Shown here in pieces: positions 19,463-29,392 of a stretch of DNA of 52,115 bases (position 1 is the first letter of the stretch; each line of letters starts with the position of its first letter). Under the pieces are notes generated by a model. It was not told where the DNA came from, searched no databases, and saw only the letters and a list, made by a program, of their open reading frames with translations. Both the position numbers and the translations under genes were made by a program. The DNA lies in the NCBI GenBank assembly GCA_964244985.1, contig CAXTKZ010000003.1, positions 1 to 52,115 on the forward strand. The letters run 5' to 3'. This DNA comes from an uncultured Acidobacteriaceae bacterium (GTDB lineage Bacteria; Acidobacteriota; Terriglobia; Terriglobales; Acidobacteriaceae).

Positions 19463-19884
19463 TTGGCCAGCTCTATAAAATCATCTACTGCAGTAAGAAC
19501 CTGATTGTCGGCGCGGATGGCGACCGGGAGCTCTCACAGATTCTCGGAACGGCGCGTGCCAATAACAGCCGGCACGGGGTCACGGGCGCTCTCCTGTTCA
19601 ACTCAGGATTTTTTGCACAGGTGCTTGAAGGGCCGCAAGCCGCGATCGAGCGCGTCTTTGAACGCATTCAATGCGACCCGCGGCACGCAGAGGTAACCGT
19701 ACTTGAAAGCGGAAACACAGAGGAGCGCAGCTTTCCCGAATGGTCGATGGCGCATGTACGACCGCCTTCCGAGGCGGAGGCTTCCGGCATCGCTTCGACC
19801 CTGGACCACGCCCTCCTCAACCCAGCCACCGCGGGCCGCGATGTGCTCGACCTTTTGCGGACGTTGGTCGCGCAGGAAGGTTGA
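19459..19884 (+). CDS. Stand-alone BLUF blue-light photoreceptor
   Basis: IIYCS (Tyr), ARANN, VTGALL, FAQVLEG (Gln), DPRH and FPEWSM (Trp/Met); start overlaps the upstream stop (GTGA). Confidence 0.93.
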   Translation: MIGQLYKIIYCSKNLIVGADGDRELSQILGTARANNSRHGVTGALLFNSGFFAQVLEGPQAAIERVFERIQCDPRHAEVTVLESGNTEERSFPEWSMAHVRPPSEAEASGIASTLDHALLNPATAGRDVLDLLRTLVAQEG

Positions 19885-19988
19885 CCACCGGGCGAGTTTT
19901 CTGAGAAAGAATTAGGCGACTGAATCCGTAAGCCGCAGGAGACCTGCTGACGCAAGTCTCACCGTTCCCGTACCCTCATGGCAGGGCT

Positions 19989-21236
19989 ATGCTGTTTTCC
20001 CATGAAATCGACTTCGACCCTGCTGCGCCGGGGGAGGCACTGGATCATCTGCCGGCAAATCCGGCGGTTTTCTGCCTTCGCGGCTCCACGGGGGAACCTT
20101 ATCTGAATCGGACGGCCGATTTGCGCCGACGCTTACGGAAGCTGCTTATGCCTGCGCCGGAGCAGACCAAGAGGCTTCAGCTGACGCGTTTGGTTCGGCG
20201 CATCGCCTGGGTCGAAACCGCTTCTGAATTCACAGCGCATCTGATTCTCTACCGCGCGGCCAAGGCTGCATTCGGCGTAGGTGCTGCACAACGGCTGCAC
20301 CTGCGCGCGCCCTTTTTCCTGCGCTTGGGGATGAGCAATCGTTTTCCGCGGTTGTGGGTCACCAACGCCCTTTCCCTTACCGCGGCAGAACATCTTTTCG
20401 GGCCGTTCGCTTCGCGCAATGCCGCTGAACGCTATGCGGAACAGGTGCTCGACCTCCACCTGCTGCGGCGCTGTTTTCAGGATCTCGAACCGGACCCGGC
20501 ATTTCCGGGATGCATTTATTCGGAGATGAAGAAGTGCCTCGCGCCATGTTACGCAGGCTGCTCCGATGAGCGCTATAGCAACGAAGCGGCGGAAGTACAG
20601 GCATTCCTGCGGACGCGCGGCGCGAGCATGCTCACCGCGCTTGCCGCTGAACGCGACCGTACGAGCGAAGCGCTCGACTTTGAAGCAGCAGCCGCCGCGC
20701 ATACGCGTCATGGCAAAGTGGAGACGGTCGCGGCGAATGCGCCCGAGATCACAGGCGCACTCGCTGAGCAGAGCGCCCTGCTTGTCCAACCGAGCGCGAT
20801 GCCCGACCAAGTGGACCTGTTCCGGCTACAGTCAGGAGCGATTACTGGACCCGCACCATTCTCGCTGCTGGGCATACGTCTGCACAATGAGGGCGGCGGC
20901 TCTAGTTCTCTTTTCTCGCACCCTGTCGAGTTCCGGCCCACACCACTCGGCAGCCTTACATCCCCCCAGGCCAGCTCGGAACAACCCACCGCCGAAGACG
21001 GACTCCGCACGGCCCTCCTGTCGCTCACCGAAAATCACCGCTTACTGGATAAACAGGAGCTGGGTGAACATCAGGCATTGTTGGCGCGATGGTACTTTCG
21101 CCCTGAAAAGAAGCGCGAAGGTGAGATACTCCTGCTTCGAAACGGAGAAGTGCCGTTTAAGCTTTTGCTTCGTGCCTGCTCCCGTGTGTACCGAGCGCAG
21201 GTTGAACAAAGCGCGCTTATGCAAGCCCCCGTCTGA
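19989..21236 (+). CDS. UvrC/Cho-like protein with degenerate GIY-YIG domain
   Basis: LPANPAVFCL..PYLNRTADLRRRL, FGPFAS, Cys cluster LRRC..GCIYSEMKKCLAPC and UVR-like SEALDFEAAA. Confidence 0.75.
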   Translation: MLFSHEIDFDPAAPGEALDHLPANPAVFCLRGSTGEPYLNRTADLRRRLRKLLMPAPEQTKRLQLTRLVRRIAWVETASEFTAHLILYRAAKAAFGVGAAQRLHLRAPFFLRLGMSNRFPRLWVTNALSLTAAEHLFGPFASRNAAERYAEQVLDLHLLRRCFQDLEPDPAFPGCIYSEMKKCLAPCYAGCSDERYSNEAAEVQAFLRTRGASMLTALAAERDRTSEALDFEAAAAAHTRHGKVETVAANAPEITGALAEQSALLVQPSAMPDQVDLFRLQSGAITGPAPFSLLGIRLHNEGGGSSSLFSHPVEFRPTPLGSLTSPQASSEQPTAEDGLRTALLSLTENHRLLDKQELGEHQALLARWYFRPEKKREGEILLLRNGEVPFKLLLRACSRVYRAQVEQSALMQAPV

Positions 21237-21245
21237 CAAGCGGCT

Positions 21246-23822
21246 TCAACGCGCGTGCGCATCCAGCCACTGCTTCGCGTTCGCTTCCTGCGCCTGCCTG
21301 AAAGCGACGCAATCCTCAATTTGCGCCTGCGCGATCGACAGCCCGCGCGCGGAGGCATGGATAGGATGCACGGTGAAAAACTGTTTCACCTCATCAGCCT
21401 TCTCGGGCGAACAAAAAGACCCGGCAGCGCGGACCACGGCACCGCCGTTCATCTCAGTAAGCTGCGCCGAAACAGCGGGCCAGTTCGCCTGCATGTACTT
21501 CCAAGCCGCATCGCGGGTGTCGGGATTGCCGAGCGCACCGGCAAAGATGAACAAGGCATCCTGATTTCTCACCTTGGGTGAGGCGGCATAGGCCATGGCC
21601 CGTTCGGTCAACGCCGGCTTTTCAAAGGCAGCCAACAGGGCCAGTTCTCCCTCAGCCCGCTGCGGGTTGGAATCGGTTTCCGCACCGTGCTCCATCTTGT
21701 CGAACAAGGCCGCATCCCCGTTTTGCGCGGCAATGGCAAGTGCGGGGTGCTCGAGCGATGGGTCAATGGAACCGGGACGGTCAAGGGTCTGCTCAGCCAA
21801 TCGGCGAGCCTCGGCAAGAGTTTCAGGGTCTTTGCCGATGCCGCCGACAAGTGAAAACAAGGCGACGCGGCGTTCCGTGATCTCTGGAGCTTCCCCGGCG
21901 ACCGGCATACCTAGCTTCATCAGCTCAGGTTTGTAGGTTGCGCGAACCCATGCCGCGAACTGCGCTTTCTCCCCAGGCGCGGCGAGCAGGCGCGCGTCGA
22001 CCGTGCGCAGCTGGCTCAGCACCGTTTCGGTCACTTCCGCGCTCTCATCGGCGCGAGCTGCCTCCGCCAGGTCGAGCGAAGCATTGACCTTGGACTTATC
22101 GGCACGAACCTGCGCCCACTGATCGCCGAGCAGGGCAATGCGCTCCGTGGGAGCGAGGCCGTTTTCCAAATTGGCGACGATCGTTTGCTGCATTGCGGAG
22201 GGGTATTGGCTGCGGTAATAGCCTTTACCTCGCGCGTCCGCGAAAAGGAACGGTGCCTGCGGAGTGGGCAGCTGCGTCGTGCCGCCGGAGAAAAGCGGGC
22301 AGCCGCTCCTTTCGCCCTTGAAGCAGACCGGCACGGTCCAGGTTTGCGCCGGGTCGCCGGCATGGGTGTGGGCGGCAGCCGGGCTTAGATAGAAGCGGGA
22401 CTGGGTCGCAGCAACTTTCCCCTCGGACGGTTCAGCGAACTGGAGCAAGGGCACGCCTGGCTGGCCAATGAAGCTTTCCATGATCTTGTCAACCGGCTTG
22501 CCGCTCGTTGCGGTTTGCGTGTTCCAAAAATCCTCGGCGGTCGCGTTGCCGAACAAATGCGCCTGCAGGTAGTTATGCACACCCCGCCGGAATTGTTCCT
22601 CGCCTAGGTAGTTTTCCACCATACCCAGAACCGCGCCACCCTTCTGGTAGGTGATGCCGTCGAACATTTCGTTGATCTCGTCCGGCGTGTTCGCTTCGGC
22701 GCGAATGGTACGGGTCACCGCCCCGGCATCCAGGTTGAGCGTGTTGTTGAGCGCTACCGCTTCCTGCTCGGGAACATGCCATTCAGGGTGCCAGGCAGCA
22801 ACAGGCTTGTTTTCCATCCAGGTGGCAAAGCCCTCGTTGAGCCATAGATTGTTCCACCACTGCATGGTCACCATGTCACCGAACCATTGGTGCGCCATTT
22901 CGTGCGCGACTACCTGCGCCACCCGCTCTTTGCCTTCCAGCGAAGCACTTTTTTCGTCGATGAGGAAATCGGTCTCGCGATAGGTGATCGCGCCGAAGTT
23001 TTCCATCGCACCCGCCTCAAAGTCGGGGATCGCGACCATGTCGAGCTTCGGCATCGGGTACTTGATGCCGAAGTACGTATCGTAATAGTGCAGCACAAAC
23101 TTCGCGGCCTCTACGGCGTACGGCGTCAGTGCAACCTTGTCGGGGGTGGCGCAGGCACGGATCGGAACGCCGTCGGATTCGCCTTTGGTGCATTGGAAAT
23201 CTCCGACGAGAAACGCGACGAGGTAAGTCGACATCTTCGGCGTCGACGCGAAGCGAAGGGTATGTTTGCCCCCGTTCCCAGGCGTGTCGGCGATGATATT
23301 CGTGTTGGAAATCGCAGTATCGCCAGCGTCGACGGTCAGGCTCACGTCGAAAATGGCTTTGTAGGCAGGCTCGTCGAACGACGGAAATGCGCGGCGCGCA
23401 TCGGTCGGCTCGAACTGTGTCACGGCATAGGAGCGTTTGGGCGTTTTTGAAAGATAGAACCCACGCAGGTCGTTGTGGAGAACGCCCGAGTAGCGGATGT
23501 GGAGCTCGGCCGTACCCGCGGGTAGCGGCTTGGGAAATGTAAACGTCGCCTGCTGCTTGTCTTTATCTTCCGCCACCTGCGCGGTTTGCCCCCCAACGGT
23601 CACAGACTGAAACGCGAGGTCGTCGGCGTTGAGAGTGATCGTGTTCGAGGGCGCGGTGAGCCGGAGCGCGATCGTTTCCTCACCGGTGAAGCTCGCGTGA
23701 GCGATGTCCGGGGTGAGCGCAAGTGTGTAGCGCTCGGGGACGACATTTGCGGGAAGGCGTTGAGCGTGGGCGGCGACAGGCGCGGCAACAAGGAGAGCGA
23801 GGGCGAAGCGGCGAGGGGGCAC
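21246..23822 (-). CDS. Secreted M1 family aminopeptidase (ERAP1-like C-terminus)
   Basis: TQFEPTDARRAFPSFDEP, GAMEN, HEMAHQWFG..WLNEGFA and YQKG; N-terminal signal peptide. Confidence 0.95.
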   Translation of the reverse strand: MPPRRFALALLVAAPVAAHAQRLPANVVPERYTLALTPDIAHASFTGEETIALRLTAPSNTITLNADDLAFQSVTVGGQTAQVAEDKDKQQATFTFPKPLPAGTAELHIRYSGVLHNDLRGFYLSKTPKRSYAVTQFEPTDARRAFPSFDEPAYKAIFDVSLTVDAGDTAISNTNIIADTPGNGGKHTLRFASTPKMSTYLVAFLVGDFQCTKGESDGVPIRACATPDKVALTPYAVEAAKFVLHYYDTYFGIKYPMPKLDMVAIPDFEAGAMENFGAITYRETDFLIDEKSASLEGKERVAQVVAHEMAHQWFGDMVTMQWWNNLWLNEGFATWMENKPVAAWHPEWHVPEQEAVALNNTLNLDAGAVTRTIRAEANTPDEINEMFDGITYQKGGAVLGMVENYLGEEQFRRGVHNYLQAHLFGNATAEDFWNTQTATSGKPVDKIMESFIGQPGVPLLQFAEPSEGKVAATQSRFYLSPAAAHTHAGDPAQTWTVPVCFKGERSGCPLFSGGTTQLPTPQAPFLFADARGKGYYRSQYPSAMQQTIVANLENGLAPTERIALLGDQWAQVRADKSKVNASLDLAEAARADESAEVTETVLSQLRTVDARLLAAPGEKAQFAAWVRATYKPELMKLGMPVAGEAPEITERRVALFSLVGGIGKDPETLAEARRLAEQTLDRPGSIDPSLEHPALAIAAQNGDAALFDKMEHGAETDSNPQRAEGELALLAAFEKPALTERAMAYAASPKVRNQDALFIFAGALGNPDTRDAAWKYMQANWPAVSAQLTEMNGGAVVRAAGSFCSPEKADEVKQFFTVHPIHASARGLSIAQAQIEDCVAFRQAQEANAKQWLDAHAR

Positions 23823-23916
23823 GAGGTGGAACCTTTCAGTCTGAATTCCTCAGACAGGACGCAAGGTCGGCACACAGTCGGCAGTGTGTGGACCACGCTC
23901 GCGTACAACGAAAGTA

Positions 23917-25587
23917 TCAGGATTCGCGGTAGTCGAGGAGCACAACGCCGACCAGCGCTAAACACAACGGCCAAAGCAGCCCTGCAGTCTTTGCGGCGCG
24001 GGTGCCGGGCAGGCGCAGCTGGAGCCAGCGGCCCCATCCCGCCGCCGCGCCGAGGAGAGCGATCGGCGTATGGGCCAGCTCAGCCAGCATCTCGTCCTTC
24101 ACATTGCTCAGGCCGTGTGAATGCGTGAGCAGGGCCGCACCGCCGGCTGCGCACAACAGCGGAAACACATAGGCCGCGCGCGCCGAGCCCCGCCAGCGCC
24201 CCGTGGCGACCGCCCACTCAAATACCGCGAACAGTGCAATGGAAGCGGCATACAGACGGTGCTGAAGAACGTCGGGCCAGGCAAAGCTGCCCCAAAACGA
24301 GTGCGGCCCCAGCGGCCAGTTTTCGGGGTCGGCGCGCAGCAGAATAAACACAGCGAGACCGATAAACAACAGGGGCCAGTTCTCTGCCCCGGCGCGGAGC
24401 CGTCCAGCAGGGAGGGCACGGGCGGCAAAGGCGAGCAAACCGGCGGCAAGCACAATCAGCCCGGCCCAGTGGTGGTTGTACTCCGACCAGGCACGGTCGT
24501 TCACATCGCTGACCGCGCCGGCCCCGTAGACTCCTGCTTCCACCGAGTCGCGCAAGGTACCCGGCGGTGTGAGCAAGGCAACGGGGGGGCTGGTGAGGCG
24601 GGGCGCTTCAGGGCGCAAGCGCTCGATGATCTGGTGGGCGGACAAGCGATCCTGCTGAAGATCAATGGCGGGCGGCTGCGAGGTGAGCGACGCGGCCGCG
24701 AGAATGGCGGTAATGCCGAAGCCGATTTCCGCCTCGGCAAAGCGGCGCAGCCGAAGCAGAAAGGGGCGGCGGGGTGTACGGACGGGGACGGCTGCAAGCT
24801 GGGGGAGAACAGCCGCCGAGCCGCCGCTGACCGAAAGCAGCTGCGGCGTACGCAGCAGCTGCCAGTTGCCCGCGCCGAGCACAAGCATGAGAATAAGCAA
24901 CATGGTTTTGGCAACAACCATGACGCCATAGGTCGTGCCGTACACGCCAGCCCAGGAGCCAACGTAGAACCAGCTCATGCCGACGCCGGCGATCACCAGC
25001 ATGGGCACGCTTACCAGTGCCATGGCGGAGTAGCGGCGGCTGAGCGCCTGGGCGTTCGTAAAGGTCGGGCTGCGGCGCAGCGCGAATAGCAAGAACAGCA
25101 TTGCGCCAACCCAGCCGGCGGTGCCCAGGTGGTGCAGCGCGGTAAAGAAGAGCAGCACGCCGCGATCGTCGATGCGGGAAGCAGCATGGCTTTGCGCAAG
25201 GGAGCAGGCCAGCAGGAGCCCAGCGGGCAGGAGCGCCGCATAGCCGCGAGGCCGTCCCACGAGCAGAGAGAGCAAACAGCAGGCTGCGATTTCCAGAGTA
25301 CCGGCAAGGAAGTAGCTTGCCGTCCACAGCGAGCGCAGAGAAAACCCTGCACCGCCAATCAGGATGGCAGTCGACAATAGAACTGAAACAGCCTGGGCAC
25401 AACCCAGAGCAAGAGCAAAACGGGCCGTGATGGTGCGGATGCGTCCGAGCTGTTCAGTTGTGGCCTTACTGGGCAAAGCAGCAAAAAAGAGAAAAAAAAG
25501 ACCGCCGAGGGTAAAGGCTTCAAGCGACAGCGTTGCCGCGCGAAGAAGAACACTGAGGAAATCGAAGTCCTTGAGTAGCCAGATCAC
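23917..25587 (-). CDS. copD: CopD family copper-uptake membrane protein with C-terminal His-rich membrane extension
   Basis: SHAAS, LHHLGTAGWVG, YGVMVVAK, LGAGN and RFAEAE; multiple TM helices; GTGA overlap with copC. Confidence 0.8.
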   Translation of the reverse strand: MIWLLKDFDFLSVLLRAATLSLEAFTLGGLFFLFFAALPSKATTEQLGRIRTITARFALALGCAQAVSVLLSTAILIGGAGFSLRSLWTASYFLAGTLEIAACCLLSLLVGRPRGYAALLPAGLLLACSLAQSHAASRIDDRGVLLFFTALHHLGTAGWVGAMLFLLFALRRSPTFTNAQALSRRYSAMALVSVPMLVIAGVGMSWFYVGSWAGVYGTTYGVMVVAKTMLLILMLVLGAGNWQLLRTPQLLSVSGGSAAVLPQLAAVPVRTPRRPFLLRLRRFAEAEIGFGITAILAAASLTSQPPAIDLQQDRLSAHQIIERLRPEAPRLTSPPVALLTPPGTLRDSVEAGVYGAGAVSDVNDRAWSEYNHHWAGLIVLAAGLLAFAARALPAGRLRAGAENWPLLFIGLAVFILLRADPENWPLGPHSFWGSFAWPDVLQHRLYAASIALFAVFEWAVATGRWRGSARAAYVFPLLCAAGGAALLTHSHGLSNVKDEMLAELAHTPIALLGAAAGWGRWLQLRLPGTRAAKTAGLLWPLCLALVGVVLLDYRES

Positions 25588-25964
25588 TTCGGATTGGAGT
25601 CTCGGGACGGGGCAGAGGACTCGACACGGAAGGGGATTTCACCGCGGGTGATGTGACCGTCTGAAGCAAGCGCCTGCCAGCGGAGGGTGTACGCACCTGG
25701 CTTTAGGTCGGCGGCATCGGCGGCGATTGCATCCGGCGCGGGTTGGGGGAGCAGCCTCAGCGACTGTGCTGCCCCGGCGATCATCAAGGTGCAGTGCGGG
25801 CCGTCAACCCGGGAGTTGAATTGAAGGCGCACATGCACGGTAGGTCCCGCAACCGTGCCGTGCAGCTTCGGGGTGGAAGCCACAAGGACGGCGTGAGCGA
25901 GCGCAAGCTGGGGAAGCGTAAGGGCCAGGGCAGCAAATGAAAAACCACGGGCAAAAATGGGCAA
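25584..25964 (-). CDS. copC: CopC periplasmic copper-binding protein
   Basis: Signal peptide ending ALA, then HAVLVASTP, GAYTLRWQALASDGHITRG (N-terminal His plus DGH Cu(II) site). Confidence 0.9.
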   Translation of the reverse strand: MPIFARGFSFAALALTLPQLALAHAVLVASTPKLHGTVAGPTVHVRLQFNSRVDGPHCTLMIAGAAQSLRLLPQPAPDAIAADAADLKPGAYTLRWQALASDGHITRGEIPFRVESSAPSRDSNPK

Positions 25965-25991
25965 AGCGGGAACGCTCCTATACGGGTGATT

Positions 25992-27023
25992 TCAGCCGAG
26001 CGGGTTGGACGCCATGCGGACCGATTGGCCGCTGAACTCCGCGGCGCGCGCCTCGGCGTAGGCGGCTGCGCCCATCAGCGCGGCCCGGCTTTCAAGAATA
26101 ATGTGCACCGGAGTATTGACCAGCAGCTCGCTCAAGCGGCCCTTATCAGTAAAGGCGCGTAGAAACACTCCGTCGCGCATTTTGTCGAGAATCTTGGGTG
26201 CGATGCCGCCGCCGATGAACATGCCCCCGGTGGACAGAACCTTGAGCGCGAGGTTACCTGCTTCCGCACCATAGACGGAAACGAAGATGTCGAGAGTGTG
26301 CGCGCACAGCTCATCGCCGCCGCTTTCTCCCAACTCACCGATCACGGCATTCGGGTCCTCGGCTTCCATGCGCTGCTTCAGCTCGGGCGACTCCCTCATC
26401 TTTTTCTCGTCACGCAGGAAGCAATAGACGTTTTTCAAACCGAGGCCGGAGATGACGCGCTCGTAGGATACGCGGCCGCCGACTGTCTTCTGGAGATAGC
26501 GCAGCAGGTCGATTTCCAGCTCGTTGCGGGGAGCGAAGTCGCAGTGGCCGCCTTCCGATGCAACCGGAATGTGCTGTTTGCCGTTCCACATCAGCACGGC
26601 CTCACCCAGGCCCGTACCGGCCGAGACCAGGCCCCGATTGCCGAGTGCGCTCGGGTCGCCGGGCGACAGCGTGTACACCTGGTCGCGCGTCAATTCGGGG
26701 ATGCCGTAACCATTCGCTTCAAGATCGTTGATCAGAAACAGGTGGTCAATGTCGAGGTTGCGCGCCAGCTCACGCGCATCGAGCAGCCACGGGAGATTCG
26801 TCAGTTTGAGTCTGCCGTTGCGTACCGGGCCTGGTACGCCGAAGCAGGCCGAGGTCACTTCAGGATGCTTGTTTTTGTCGAGGAACGCGCGCACGACCGA
26901 TTGAAGCCCGTCATATTCACGCGCTGGAAAACGCTCATCAGTGACATGCTGCAGCCGTGCATCCTGGAAGTTATAAAGCGCCAGGTGTACCTTGGTGCCG
27001 CCCACGTCGCCGGCAAGAATCAT
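25992..27023 (-). CDS. glk: Glucokinase
   Basis: LAGDVGGTK, GVPGPV, LTNLPW, LINDLEA, GTGLGEA, SEGGH and GGGIAPKI. Confidence 0.95.
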   Translation of the reverse strand: MILAGDVGGTKVHLALYNFQDARLQHVTDERFPAREYDGLQSVVRAFLDKNKHPEVTSACFGVPGPVRNGRLKLTNLPWLLDARELARNLDIDHLFLINDLEANGYGIPELTRDQVYTLSPGDPSALGNRGLVSAGTGLGEAVLMWNGKQHIPVASEGGHCDFAPRNELEIDLLRYLQKTVGGRVSYERVISGLGLKNVYCFLRDEKKMRESPELKQRMEAEDPNAVIGELGESGGDELCAHTLDIFVSVYGAEAGNLALKVLSTGGMFIGGGIAPKILDKMRDGVFLRAFTDKGRLSELLVNTPVHIILESRAALMGAAAYAEARAAEFSGQSVRMASNPLG

Positions 27024-27811
27024 CGCGCGAGCTCCACGTGCCCCACCCCGTCCGGCCCCGGTTTCGGCAGCTTGGCCGCGGCTGCTTCGTCCAGCAGAAA
27101 TGTCAGCGAGCCACTGCTCGGCTGGATGAGCTGCGACGGCGTTTCCTCGGGATCCGGTTCGCCATAGAGCACGCGTTCGAGCGGGGCAGCCTTCCCTTCA
27201 CCCGCAATCAGAAATACCACGTCCAGCGCTTCATTGATAACCGGAGCGGACAGGGTGATACGCCAGGTGTCTTTCTGCGGCACATGGTTCGCGAACGCGA
27301 TGCGGCCGCGCTCGTGTACGCCCTCCGTATGCGGAAACAGCGAGGCTGTGTGCCCGTCGTCGCCGATGCCCAGCCACACCATATCGAAGCGCGGCGCTTC
27401 TGCCCCTTCGAGCCGAAACTCCCGGCGGATCAATGACTCGTACCGCGCCGCTGCCTCCTCCGGATCCAGCTCGCCTTCCATGCGGTGCACGTGCTCGGGC
27501 GCAAGCGGCACTTTCGACAGCAATTCCTCACGCGCCATGCGGTAATTCGATTCCGGATCGTCAGGCCCTACCGTGCGCTCGTCAACAAAAAACAGGTCGA
27601 TCTTATCCCAGGGAATGCTCGCACTGTAGGGCTCCTGCGCCAGCAATGCGAAGGTAGCCTTGGGCGTAGACCCGCCGGAAACCGCGATACGCGCCCGGCC
27701 GCGCTTGGCAACTGATTGGGCAACCCGCTCCGTGAAGTGCTCAGCCGCAGCGCGGGCCAAGGCGTCGGGGTCAGGATAAACGCGGTAAGTGACTTGCAAG
27801 TGATGCGCCAT
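27020..27811 (-). CDS. pgl: 6-phosphogluconolactonase
   Basis: VSGGSTP, FVDERTV..SNY, LGIGDDGHTASLFP and RITLSAP; ATGA overlap with glk. Confidence 0.95.
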   Translation of the reverse strand: MAHHLQVTYRVYPDPDALARAAAEHFTERVAQSVAKRGRARIAVSGGSTPKATFALLAQEPYSASIPWDKIDLFFVDERTVGPDDPESNYRMAREELLSKVPLAPEHVHRMEGELDPEEAAARYESLIRREFRLEGAEAPRFDMVWLGIGDDGHTASLFPHTEGVHERGRIAFANHVPQKDTWRITLSAPVINEALDVVFLIAGEGKAAPLERVLYGEPDPEETPSQLIQPSSGSLTFLLDEAAAAKLPKPGPDGVGHVELAR

Positions 27812-27822
27812 GGGTCGTCTCC

Positions 27823-29382
27823 TTACACCGAGTGCCAGCTGTGGTTGTCTTTGGCCAGCAGCTCGTCGGCAGCTTTCGGCCCCCAGGTCCCGCTCTCGTA
27901 ATTCGGGAAGTCGGTCGGCGGGTTCTTTGCCCAGGCTTCAAGCAGCGGCGTGTACAGAGCCCAAGCCACCTCGACTGCCTCGCGGTGCGAGAAAAGCGTG
28001 GCGTCGCCCAGCATAGCGTCCAGCAGCAGCCGCTCATAGCCGTTCGCGGTGTACTTGCCAAAGGTGTCGTTGTACTTGAACGTCGCACCGACCGGGCAGA
28101 TGGTGGTATCGGGTGTCGGCAGCTTATTGCCGAAAACGATCGTGATGCCCTCGTCCGGCTGGATGCGCATGCGGATCAGGTTCGTCGGAATGCCTTTGCA
28201 CGGGCCGTCCTGCGCGCCGGGAAAGAGTTGCTGTTTCGGCTGCTTGAACTCGATCACAATTTCCGTCACGCGCTTCGCAAGCCGCTTGCCAGCGCGCACA
28301 TAGAAGGGCACACCTTTCCAGCGCGGCGTGTCGATCGTGAGCTTCACGGCGGCGAAAGTCTCGGTCGCGGAGTTGGGATCGACGCGGTCTTCCTCGCGGT
28401 ATGGCTTCGCCTGCTCGCTTCCGCCTTTACCGTCGGAAACCTGCCCCGCACCATACTGACCGCGCACCGCGACCTCCGGGGTGAGCGGCTGGATGGCCTT
28501 GAACAACTTGGTTTTCTCTTCGAGAATGCCTTTGGCCTCGTAGGTCGCGGGCGGTTCAATGGCGACAAATGACAACATCTCCATCATGTGGTTCTGGAGA
28601 ATGTCGCGCGACGCACCGGCCTTTTCGTAAAAAGGGCCGCGTCCTTCGATCCCAATCGACTCGGCTGCCGTGATCTGTACGTTCTCGATATACTCGGCAT
28701 TCCAGATCGGCTCAAACAGCGCGTTCGCGAACCGGAATACAAGGATATTCTGCACCGTTTCCTTGCCGAGATAGTGGTCGATGCGGAAGATCTGGTCCTC
28801 GCCGAAAACCTTGCCAACCGCCGCGTTCAGCTCCTTGGCGGAATTGAGATCGTGACCGAAAGGTTTCTCAATCACAACGCGCACTGTCGCCCCCTCTTCC
28901 GCCTTGTCCATTCCCTGCTCGCCCAACTTATCGACAATCTCCTCAAAAAACTCAGGGGCGACCGCGAGGTAGAAAAGCCGATTGCCCCTTGTCCCTTTTT
29001 CTTTGTCGATGCCGGCAAGGGTTTCCTTGAGCTTTGCGTAGCCTTGAGAGTCGTCGAAGTTGGTCGTGAAGTACGACACCTTTTCCATAAACCCGGCGAG
29101 TTTCGGGTCGTTCTCGTCCGTGCCGGAGGAAACAATGGCCTTTTGCATATCGGGCCGAAACGTCGCGCTCAGATCGCGCCGGGCCACGCCGACTACCGCG
29201 AACTCCTTCGGCAGCAATCCACTTTCTTCAAGGTGAAAAAGCGCGGGCAGCAGCTTCTTTTTAGTCAGATCGCCGGATGCGCCGAAGATGACGACAACGG
29301 TTGGTTCCGGAACGCGTTTTTCAACGCCCGCGGCAGCGGATTTCGCAAGATCGGGAGTTATCAGTTGATCGCTCGTGCTCAT
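27823..29382 (-). CDS. zwf: Glucose-6-phosphate 1-dehydrogenase
   Basis: [51 protein letters not shown] and YERLLLD. Confidence 0.97.
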   Translation of the reverse strand: MSTSDQLITPDLAKSAAAGVEKRVPEPTVVVIFGASGDLTKKKLLPALFHLEESGLLPKEFAVVGVARRDLSATFRPDMQKAIVSSGTDENDPKLAGFMEKVSYFTTNFDDSQGYAKLKETLAGIDKEKGTRGNRLFYLAVAPEFFEEIVDKLGEQGMDKAEEGATVRVVIEKPFGHDLNSAKELNAAVGKVFGEDQIFRIDHYLGKETVQNILVFRFANALFEPIWNAEYIENVQITAAESIGIEGRGPFYEKAGASRDILQNHMMEMLSFVAIEPPATYEAKGILEEKTKLFKAIQPLTPEVAVRGQYGAGQVSDGKGGSEQAKPYREEDRVDPNSATETFAAVKLTIDTPRWKGVPFYVRAGKRLAKRVTEIVIEFKQPKQQLFPGAQDGPCKGIPTNLIRMRIQPDEGITIVFGNKLPTPDTTICPVGATFKYNDTFGKYTANGYERLLLDAMLGDATLFSHREAVEVAWALYTPLLEAWAKNPPTDFPNYESGTWGPKAADELLAKDNHSWHSV

Positions 29383-29392
29383 TCTCGTCCTT

